Shown in pieces: positions 10,668 through 19,207 of a stretch of DNA of 64,000 nucleotides. The notes beneath the pieces were generated by a model. It was not told the DNA's origin, did no database searches, and was given only the letters and a program-made list of their open reading frames with translations. The number at the start of each line of letters is the position of its first letter. Position 1 is the first letter of the stretch. The DNA is from Tetramitus jugosus (Eukaryota; Protista; Heterolobosea). Where the stretch lies: contig OW569352.1 of the NCBI GenBank assembly GCA_937625935.1, positions 372,001 through 436,000 of the forward strand, in the 5' to 3' direction. Position numbers and translations under genes: made by a program.

Positions 10668-12122
10668 CTATGATCTTGTGTCTTCTTCTGAACTGCTGCC
10701 TTCTGATATGAACGATTGAAAACCACTCTCGACGGGAACGAGTGAGATTTTGGGAAGCCTATCTGCATATTCTCTTGGTTTTCCTCCAGGACCAAACTTT
10801 GCAGTGACCTTGCGGTGATAGTTCGGCCTGTACTTGTGTTTGTAGTCTTCCCAGTATTCCCACACCTCGTGAAGCTTCATTTCGTTACTCTTGAATATGA
10901 CCTTAGGTCCCTTGAATGGCACTGTTTTAGGATAGAGTCGAGTATGGACATCTATTCCCTTCTTTTTCTTCTCGCGAAGTGTGCTGAGAACAACATCCCT
11001 ACTCGTGCAATGGTAGTTGTTACTCTTTCCATCAAAAGCTTGAGAGTGGGTTACGCCTACGAGGGGCTCATGTTGAGACGAACTCATATCGAGGAAGGAT
11101 TCATCGACTCGAGCAAACTTACTGAATTCATTCATTGGATGACTCTTTGGCGATCTCGGAGCGAACACTTCATCAACGAATAGCCGTCTGCTAAAACTTT
11201 GAGTCACAGATGACCGATCAAAAGAATCGGTCAGTATTTGAGAGGGATAATTATCTGATGGAGGGATTGGTGGAGATGAAGACTTCTTTCGAAGTACTAA
11301 CTTATGAGAGTTAACTTTTTCCAATGGTCTTTCTTTCAGATAGAGTGAGGTAGGTGGTAGTGGTGTTGTCGAAAGAGATCGATCAAGTATCTTGCTCTTT
11401 GGAGAAGAATGACGAGAATCAAGAACAGATTTGGTTCCCAGATTCTGCTTCTTAGGAGAGGCATTCCTGTCTTTCATCTCGGCAGTTGGTTGTAGAACGC
11501 TCTCCAAAGTAAGTTTCTTTGTTCGATAAGGTCTTAACATATCCTTGTCCATTAATGTCTCCATAGGTTTCGCGCTTAGTGTGCTATCATGGAAATCATC
11601 TACATCCCGAGCTCGAAATCCCAGTTCTGTCTTACTCCTCTTTCTTCTGTCGTTCCATTGGTCTCGGTGGTTTACTGTTGAATAGTCACCAAAGGATGTG
11701 ACACTTCTTGTTGGGACTGAATGCTGTTCCCTCCTTTTTATCTCTTTCTTTCTCTCCTTCTTGTACTTGTTCAACAATTCCCCAAGCTTTTCCTCTCTTT
11801 CTTTCGTGACAAGATCCTCTGTTGGTAAAAAGTAATTACGCATCTGTTCTTCATCAAACTCGGTGGTATCGCTGTCATAGTCTTTTGGTTTCAACGAAGG
11901 ACCATTCTCCTCATCTCCCAAATCTCCTTCAATCTCACTCCCTTCAGAGCTAAGATACTCGTCCATTCGGTGAATCAATGTCTGATTTCCGTAAATCTGA
12001 TTCGCTTCCTCGGCCAATTCAATCTCCTCTAAAATGTGCTTGCTCCTTTGTTCTCTTATCTTATTTCTTCGTTCCTCTTTCCTCAGCTCATTGTACACTG
12101 TTTCGATAGGAGGTAGTTTCAT
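10668..12122 (-). CDS. Uncharacterised, largely disordered protein
   Basis: ~484-aa ORF, first ATG at 12122; no recognised domain. Confidence 0.7.
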   Translation of the reverse strand: MKLPPIETVYNELRKEERRNKIREQRSKHILEEIELAEEANQIYGNQTLIHRMDEYLSSEGSEIEGDLGDEENGPSLKPKDYDSDTTEFDEEQMRNYFLPTEDLVTKEREEKLGELLNKYKKERKKEIKRREQHSVPTRSVTSFGDYSTVNHRDQWNDRRKRSKTELGFRARDVDDFHDSTLSAKPMETLMDKDMLRPYRTKKLTLESVLQPTAEMKDRNASPKKQNLGTKSVLDSRHSSPKSKILDRSLSTTPLPPTSLYLKERPLEKVNSHKLVLRKKSSSPPIPPSDNYPSQILTDSFDRSSVTQSFSRRLFVDEVFAPRSPKSHPMNEFSKFARVDESFLDMSSSQHEPLVGVTHSQAFDGKSNNYHCTSRDVVLSTLREKKKKGIDVHTRLYPKTVPFKGPKVIFKSNEMKLHEVWEYWEDYKHKYRPNYHRKVTAKFGPGGKPREYADRLPKISLVPVESGFQSFISEGSSSEEDTRS

Positions 12123-12155
12123 TCTCAAATGCTTGCTTTGTTGTCAGAAGATAAA

Positions 12156-12275
12156 AGCCTACATTACTGAGGGTTCTCGAGTAGTCTCCTATCTCAATAC
12201 TAACTCAGCCAGATGGTGCTTAACTTCTCTATTCGAAATGGGAAGAGGTGGTTCCACCATTGTATGAACGTAGAC
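12156..12275 (-). rRNA. 5S: 5S rRNA gene (copy 1)
   Basis: 120 nt; pairing ends GTCTAC...GTAGGC; CATAC, GAAGTTAAGC (box A), GTTAGTA and GATAGGAGAC (box C) match the eukaryotic 5S pattern; T4 terminator. Confidence 0.95.
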
Positions 12276-12357
12276 ATCTTTGAAGTAAATTAGACCACTT
12301 TCTGCGCCATTGAGAATTAATCAGGTGACCGAGGGTCATTGCTCTTCGAGCGATGGC

Positions 12358-12397
12358 CGAAGAAAACAAAAGACAATAAAGTGAGCAACCGAAATGG
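12358..12397 (-). repeat. ~40-nt element upstream of 5S copy 1, shared with 17107-17146
   Basis: CCATTtCGGTTGCTCACTTTATTGTCttTTGTTTTCTTC versus CCATTgCGGTTGCTCACTTTATTGTCacTTGTTTTaCTTC. Confidence 0.85.
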
Positions 12398-12484
12398 GTG
12401 GATTAAAAAAAATAGTTCCCTCTCAGTCGGTTTGAGGCTTATGATTCTGGTTTGTGTTATTATGACCTGATTTCTGATGTCCCT

Positions 12485-13492
12485 TTAACACAAGATACAC
12501 TTGCCATGGTTGTTGCCAGTGCTCGCGTTTCTGCGCATGTAATATCCGATGAGAGCGCATCTCGCCAGAGTGTCATGAAACTCTACATGTAGATTCTGTC
12601 CGCTGAGTGCACTGGTTTCTATGTACAACATACAGTTGTGGTGTTTGGCCATGCATTCTCCTTCTTCGTGCGTGACCATATCCAAAACATTCGATAAAGG
12701 ATGAGAAAGTCTGCCTCTCAGATCGATTTTGGTTCCCACTAACATTACGATTGCTTCAGGCCAGTGATGCATTACTTCAGACAACCACTTCTTTGTAATG
12801 TTCTGAAAGCTCGAATGATTGACAACAGAGAAGCACATGAGAAAAATATCAGTGTATGGATAGGATAGAGGTCTCAACCGTTCATAGTCGTCTGATCCAG
12901 CAGTGTCCCAAAATATGATTGATCTCTTCAATCCTCCCCACGTCGTCTCAACACAATAATTGTCCATCACTGACGGGTAATAGTACTCTGGGTAATAGTT
13001 TTGAGCAGCTCTGATTTGTAGATATGTCTTACCTACGGATCCATCTCCTACGACAACAACCTTGATGTTATCCAGTTTTTTCTTCTTCACTTGAATCGTG
13101 TCAACAGAGAACTCATCTAATCCATTGAAGCCAAGGTATTTATGATGTGGGCGATCCAATATTGAAGGTACAGTAACAATATCTTTCTTTCTTTTTTCAA
13201 CAATGTCTGACAAGACTTGTTTTAACAGCAGTACTTTGTCCCTGTAGTTGCTCACGGATTGGCCGCGCTCCAGAATACTCGATTTAATGGATTCATATCT
13301 GGGACGATCAATGACAGATTGAAACACAGGCTTCCACAAGTGATTGTGCTCTGTTAGTTCAAATATGCTCCATGACTTTTGAGCAAGCCTCACGTGACTC
13401 AAGTCACTAACTTCCAAGAAAGACAGAATAACAAGTGAAACATCATCAGGCAATTGCCAATGCAAGCCACTCTCCTGTTCAAGTTCACACAT
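12485..13492 (-). CDS. F-box + Rho/Rac-family GTPase fusion with CaaX end
   Basis: F-box LPDDVSLVILSFLEVSDL; G1 GDGSVGKT, G3 WDTAGS, RLRPLSYP, G4 TKID, G5 ETSAL; C-terminal KCILC. Confidence 0.9.
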   Translation of the reverse strand: MCELEQESGLHWQLPDDVSLVILSFLEVSDLSHVRLAQKSWSIFELTEHNHLWKPVFQSVIDRPRYESIKSSILERGQSVSNYRDKVLLLKQVLSDIVEKRKKDIVTVPSILDRPHHKYLGFNGLDEFSVDTIQVKKKKLDNIKVVVVGDGSVGKTYLQIRAAQNYYPEYYYPSVMDNYCVETTWGGLKRSIIFWDTAGSDDYERLRPLSYPYTDIFLMCFSVVNHSSFQNITKKWLSEVMHHWPEAIVMLVGTKIDLRGRLSHPLSNVLDMVTHEEGECMAKHHNCMLYIETSALSGQNLHVEFHDTLARCALIGYYMRRNASTGNNHGKCILC

Positions 13493-13605
13493 TTTGTGGT
13501 TCTCGTGCGAGTTCTGGTTTGTTTTGAAGAAAAATTGTTCCCAGGGTGTTCCTGCTTGTTGTGAGTTTTTTTGGCAAGATGGTCCTCCTTCCACTTTTGC
13601 CGTTC

Positions 13606-13650
13606 GTATTGAGATAGGAGACTACTCGAGAACCCTCAGTAATGTAGGCT
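13606..13650 (+). pseudogene. 5S rRNA 3' fragment (nt 76-120)
   Basis: 45 nt identical to the 3' part of both full 5S copies, ending in a T4 run. Confidence 0.9.
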
Positions 13651-13705
13651 TTTGAGTTTTGTTGTGGAAAACGACGTTCTGAGGAACAGAATCAAGAACA
13701 GAACC

Positions 13706-14434
13706 ATGAGCAAGGCGAGACCTGTCACAAAAAGGCGACCAACAACTTGTACAACCAAGGCAAGAGGAGCCAAGCTCTGGTTGAGCGATGACGTTTTGTC
13801 TTACGTCTTCAGCTTTTGTGATGCACACGATCTGTGTCACCGCATTGCCCTTGTTTGCCACAAATGGAGCCAGAATCAATACCCTGCTTGGAAAGAGTTG
13901 TACATGTTAAAGTACGGACCAAATCTCCCAGTGGGTTTCTCAAGTGAAGACAAGATCGATCCAGGGTTGCATGTAGGTCAGGAGCAAGCCTACAAGTTCT
14001 TTTATCGGGTGAAAGCCCAATACAAGAATAATCTGTATGTGTCTGAGTCAAAGAATTATCATAGATCTGATTTCCCTGACAAGGAAAGCGAGTGTTCATG
14101 GTTTGCCAAGCAAGTACTTTCCTCAGGTTTGCGTTACTCAAGTAATGAACCATTTTGGCCCGATCTGGCATGCATGTTAGGTGAGGAGGAGGAATCAGTT
14201 GATGATCAACAGTTCACCCAAATAACAGTTGTGGATCGACTGACTCATCTCAAGTACTATGTGTATGTGTATGAACTGGGTAATAGTGTCTATGGAGCTG
14301 CCTTCTTGGGAGGGGCCATAGATGATACGGTGAGTGTTATGAGCGATGCAAGTTTTTATGAATGCAGCGAACCGAATAAGCATCAAGACGACCTACAGTT
14401 GAGAAAGGTACTGGATTGTATTTTATATGTATAA
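13706..14434 (+). CDS. F-box protein with unknown C-terminal domain
   Basis: LSDDVLSYVFSFCDAHDLCHRIALVCHKW...WKELY; first ATG at 13706. Confidence 0.85.
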   Translation: MSKARPVTKRRPTTCTTKARGAKLWLSDDVLSYVFSFCDAHDLCHRIALVCHKWSQNQYPAWKELYMLKYGPNLPVGFSSEDKIDPGLHVGQEQAYKFFYRVKAQYKNNLYVSESKNYHRSDFPDKESECSWFAKQVLSSGLRYSSNEPFWPDLACMLGEEEESVDDQQFTQITVVDRLTHLKYYVYVYELGNSVYGAAFLGGAIDDTVSVMSDASFYECSEPNKHQDDLQLRKVLDCILYV

Positions 14435-14540
14435 TGAGTATGAAGAGGCTGACGATAGGTGGATAAGCTTCAAAATGAGTATTCGTGGGTGAATTCAGAA
14501 TAGTTTATATACAAGGTGGAACTCCCATCAGAATGACTTC

Positions 14541-15555
14541 TTAAAAGGGATACTTGGTGTTGGTAGCTTCTTCGCTGTGTATAAACAACTTGGCAGCAAC
14601 ATCAGCATCCCTAGCATGACGAGAAGGAGTCTTTTCTTTGCAATCGTCAAAGTAGAGTCCACCCTTTCCGTTCAAATCCTCACTGGTTGCAAGGTACACC
14701 TGAGTAGCAGCTCCCTGAGGAATGCTCTCGAATACCAGGGACAATAGAGATAATCCCACTTTATTTATCCAACCTGTATTATGCCTTTGTAGATCTGTTG
14801 AAATGTTCCCTGGATGAAGCGAATTGGATGTAATGCTCACTTTGGACTCCTTCAATCGCTTGTTCAATTCCTTGGTGAACAAAATGTTGGCCACCTTGCT
14901 CTGACCATATGCTCGCCACTTTGAATATGATCGATTCTTGTAGTGCATATCATCAAAGTGAATGTGATCAAATCTGTGACCTAAAGAGCTCACATTGATC
15001 ACTCTGCCCTCCTTGTTGTCCTTCTCCGAGGTATCCTTCATAACATCCAGCAACTTGAGAGTCAACGCAAAATGACCCATATGATTGATTCCCATCTGTG
15101 TTTCAAATCCGTCCTCCGTGTAGGATAGAGGAGGAATCATTTGGCCTGCATTATTGATCAGAACATTCAATTTTGGATAGCGTTCGTGATAACCCTTGGA
15201 GAATTCATCAATGGAATTGAGTGATGCCAGATCCAGCTCTTCCAGATAGAGCTTACCACCACATGAATCGGAACATTGATCCTTGATACGTTTCTCTGCT
15301 CCCTGCAGCTTTTCCATGCTTCTGCTGGCCATTACAACGGTGGCACCGTGATTGAACAGTGTGCGAGCAGTTTCTTCTCCCTATTTAGCCATTTTTTGTA
15401 GTTTAAGGACCAATTGAAATCTAATAAAACAACGAACAATCAATACATACAATTCCACCAGAGGAACCAGTGACCACAAAGTACTCATCTGTGAGATTCT
15501 TTCCTTCGAGAACCTGATCTGCAGTTGTGCTCGAGTTAAAACGCTGCTTTGCCAT
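14541..15555 (-). CDS. Retinol dehydrogenase/WWOX-like SDR, two exons (intron 15381-15450)
   Basis: Exon 1 MAKQRFNSSTTADQVL...VTGSSGGI joins GEETARTL; NNAG, GFETQMGINHMGHF, YGQSK. Confidence 0.93.
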
Positions 15556-15812
15556 TGCCTACTAAAACGTGTGATTACTTTCTTTTCAGATGTCTGAACG
15601 TGGATTCGAAATTCTTCTTTTGAACCTTGCGGGAATGGAAATCTGTCCAGAAAGGACTTCTCTATAGTTTGTACGCAATACACGTTCAACGAATTTGGCC
15701 TCAGTTGACCTGGCAGAGTATTAAAAATCTTTAAATCGGAGATTCTTTCAGAACTAACATCTAGTTCATAAACAAACTAAAACGAGAAATTCTCGTTCAC
15801 ACAAAGAAAGTA

Positions 15813-16605
15813 ATGGGTGAGTTTCCTTTTGAGTGTGAAGTTTGCAGTGGAGGTCAGTACGAATGTGCCATACGTCGCCGAAACGAACGACAAAAGGAAT
15901 TAAAAGAAGAGGAGGCTCAACGACGAAGAGAGCTCAACAAAGGTCGCAGAAGAAGAGGAGGAAGACAGTGAACTCGAAGAAGAGGAGGACGATGAAGGTG
16001 TAGACTACGATGAACTCCATCTTTCTTGTGAAGGAGGGCCATGTTGGTACATGTCATTTCATTTACTTTGTGGGCACTGACAACTGACGCCTGTCTCTTT
16101 CATTTGGAAGAAAAGTTATTCGGAAGAGGTTGTGGTACGTGTTGGAGATCATGTGATTTTGAACTGTACTTACACTGCAAATGGATCTGCTACAGTTGGA
16201 AATATGGATCACACGGTGTATTCTGCAGAATTCTCACGAAAATTCGACTCCTGGGGAGATGTGAAACTTGTAGCTGATGGATTTGTTTGTGTTGACTGTT
16301 ATGAGGATGATCAAGCGGTTCAAAGTCTGAAGAAGATTGATCCCACTGATGACTACGAATACAGGCAAAAACATACTGCCTACGTGTTGAAATCAAAGCT
16401 GAACATTCCTTTGTCTGTGGTCCAGCATCAGATCATGCCCTACTTGCAAAATTGTGTGGAGCACAAGGATAGGTATGACTGTTTGTTGTGCCCTGTGATC
16501 CTAGCATCTGACTACACATTGGAGAAAGAGGGGGAGCTCAGACTCGAGAGTGAAGAAGAGGAAGAGGAACATAAGAGTAAGAGACCCCGCTTGAGCTCTG
16601 AATAA
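15813..16605 (+). pseudogene. Cys-rich uncharacterised gene with an apparent +1 frameshift near 15902-15905 and one intron
   Basis: MGEFPFECEVCSGG...KEL continues as KKRRLNDEE...SCEGGPC only if one A is removed; an intron ~16048-16115 joins CYSEEVVVRVG into ORF 16132-16605. Confidence 0.55.
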
Positions 16606-17106
16606 GGTTGATGTTAAGGGTACCACAACCGATCACCCATTTTCTTCTCTGTTAAACACACCGTCATTATCTTGAATATACACTAAGGTTTGTTGCCGTG
16701 GCGATATTGAAAATGCTCATCCACCACATTCGGGCGCAGTGCTCCCTTTCCTAATCGAAACCAGTGTTCAATTTCTTTCTCTTCCAGACCTCGTTCTAGT
16801 GTTCTCTTCTAGTAGGACATGAGCAATCGATGGAATTTAAATTGAACGATTCCTTTGTGTAAGTGTAACCCAATTGCAACCATTCTCGGCGATAACAAAT
16901 TTCAAGAGCAAAATTTGTTTTGTCAAGAGCTCTCCAAGTTCCAAAAAACCACAATAAAAACGTGAGAATTCATCTTTGCCCTGTCTTTTGTCGCATTTTC
17001 GGCCATAAGTAATAAGCAACCACTACAGCAATTTTCCTTACTTCCTATTACCAAGAAAAATCCCGCAAGGGGTGGTTACTGTTTTGCCTGTTGTTTCTGA
17101 ACTTAT

Positions 17107-17146
17107 CCATTGCGGTTGCTCACTTTATTGTCACTTGTTTTACTTC
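17107..17146 (+). repeat. ~40-nt element upstream of 5S copy 2, inverted copy of 12358-12397
   Basis: Shares a perfect 20-nt core CGGTTGCTCACTTTATTGTC. Confidence 0.85.
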
Positions 17147-17415
17147 AAGCGGTGTCACCCTTCATTGCTGCTGTTTCACTTTTGTCGGTGAAGGCGCACA
17201 CCTCCGTTTCGCACTGTTCACATATGTTCTTGCTTTCTTTGCCAAGCAGTTTTGAGCCTATCATTCCTTGAAGGTCTTCGCGACAATTTGCCTTCCCTCA
17301 GTCGCAAATTGTCAAACCAGGAATTCTTTCAAACGAAGGATCATCAACCTTCAATCGTTCGCGACTCGTGATTCCGCCTGGGGTGGAAGTAGGTTGTTAA
17401 TTTAACTTTTACAGC

Positions 17416-17535
17416 GTCTACGTTCATACAATGGTGGAACCACCTCTTCCCATTTCGAATAGAGAAGTTAAGCACCATCTGGCTGAGTTAGTATTGAGAT
17501 AGGAGACTACTCGAGAACCCTCAGTAATGTAGGCT
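17416..17535 (+). rRNA. 5S: 5S rRNA gene (copy 2)
   Basis: 120 nt identical to the reverse complement of 12156-12275; T7 terminator. Confidence 0.95.
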
Positions 17536-17579
17536 TTTTTTCTCTAACGAAGCAAGCAAAAACCAAAAAAACTAAGTCA

Positions 17580-18908
17580 ATGCATCCGGAGATTGACCAA
17601 CTCAAACTCGAGATTCAACAATTGAAGCAACAGATCCTTCTCTTGCAACAAACCACCAACAAGAATCATAAAGATGATGATCAAAAACAACAAAGACACA
17701 AGATTCAAAGCATGAGCAGTGAAGTTCGTGACGACAATCCATACAGTCGTCTCATGGCACTCAAGCAAATGGGTATCGTGGAAGAATATGAACGAATTCG
17801 ATGCTTCTCCATTGCTATTGTTGGTTTGGGTGGTGTGGGCAGTGTTGCTGCAGAGATGCTCACGAGATGTGGCATTGGAAAGCTATTGTTGTTTGATTTT
17901 GATCGAGTGACGATTGCGAACATGAATCGATTGTTCTTTACGCCGAATCAGGTCGGTATGAGCAAAGTGGAGGCCAGTAGAGCTTCACTTGTGGAGATTA
18001 ATCCCGATGTGCAGTTCGAATGCTATGATTACAATATTTGTTCGACGATTGAACAGTTTGATCAATTTATGAAGACTATTCAGACTGGTGGTAGTATTGT
18101 TGGTGGTAGTGTTGATGCTGATGATGAGTGTGAGCGACCTGTGGATCTCGTGTTGAGCTGCGTCGATAATTTTGATGCACGAATGGCGATTAATCAAGCG
18201 TGTAACGAGTTGAATATTCGGTGGATGGAGTCTGGTGTTTCAGAGGACGCAGTCAGTGGTCACATTCAGTTTCTGATACCGGGTCAGACAGCGTGCTACC
18301 AGTGTGCTCCTCCTCTCGTTGTTGCCAACAATATTAAGCAAGTGAAGCGTGAGAATGTTTGTGCGGCATCTTTGCCGACAACCATGGGTATCACCGCAGG
18401 ATTCCTCGTACAAAATGTGCTAAAGTACTTGCTAAACTTTGGAAAGGTGTCCTACTATTTGGGGTACAGTGCCATGACAGACTTCTTTCCTTCAATGGTA
18501 CTGAAACCGAACACTTCCTGTACGAATACAGCCTGCGTAGACAGACAAAAGGAATTCCAACAGTTACTATCTAGTGATGCTCAAGCAAGAAGACAGTACG
18601 AGATCATGATGAACAATGGAGATGCAGGTGTTTTGGAGGCTGATGATCCAGTTGAGCACATGGATAACGAGTGGGGCATTGAAATTGTGACTGAAGATGA
18701 AAAGGAACTGGCGGTGAATGATGATCAAACAGTACCAACGTCGAGCATTGCATCCACAGAACAATTGAGTCTGCAGCAGTTGAGTGCTGGACTGGAATAT
18801 GCCTATGATACACGACCAACAATCCATGAAGAGGATCTAATTGGTGAGGAAGCACAAGAAAAAGACTTGAGTGACCTGATGAAGGAACTTCAGAGTAGTT
18901 TTGAGTAG
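17580..18908 (+). CDS. UBA5: UFM1-activating enzyme UBA5
   Basis: [63 protein letters not shown]-terminal LSDLMKEL. Confidence 0.97.
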   Translation: MHPEIDQLKLEIQQLKQQILLLQQTTNKNHKDDDQKQQRHKIQSMSSEVRDDNPYSRLMALKQMGIVEEYERIRCFSIAIVGLGGVGSVAAEMLTRCGIGKLLLFDFDRVTIANMNRLFFTPNQVGMSKVEASRASLVEINPDVQFECYDYNICSTIEQFDQFMKTIQTGGSIVGGSVDADDECERPVDLVLSCVDNFDARMAINQACNELNIRWMESGVSEDAVSGHIQFLIPGQTACYQCAPPLVVANNIKQVKRENVCAASLPTTMGITAGFLVQNVLKYLLNFGKVSYYLGYSAMTDFFPSMVLKPNTSCTNTACVDRQKEFQQLLSSDAQARRQYEIMMNNGDAGVLEADDPVEHMDNEWGIEIVTEDEKELAVNDDQTVPTSSIASTEQLSLQQLSAGLEYAYDTRPTIHEEDLIGEEAQEKDLSDLMKELQSSFE

Positions 18909-19207
18909 TTGGATTGAAGAATCTTGTAATATATTTTGAAACATTTCCTCTCCGGCTGTCATCCATTTTAATAATGTTTAAACAATGTAGGATTAGCTCA
19001 CCATCCCAATAACGCCTTTTGCATCACTATCTCTTTAATCTCACTTCTCATGTCTACTACTAAGTAGTTTGGGTTTGCCATGGGTACAATGTACGAAGAG
19101 AACTGTAGAGGTAGGCAGTCTAATACGACTTTACTCATTTTGTTTGTTTGTGGAGAAATATTAAGGAAATACATCTTGTTAACAACAGACATGTATGTTC
19201 ACCAGTT

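Noticed and set aside
12358-12420. Spliced-leader RNA linked to 5S (AAA|GTGAGC donor-like site on the opposite strand)
   Set aside because: No Sm site or stem-loop shared by both copies; the donor-like hexamer alone is insufficient.
12127-17561. Autonomous transposon with TSD around the 5S-bounded island
   Set aside because: No transposase, integrase or RT in the window; the only candidate TSD is AAA in A-rich DNA.
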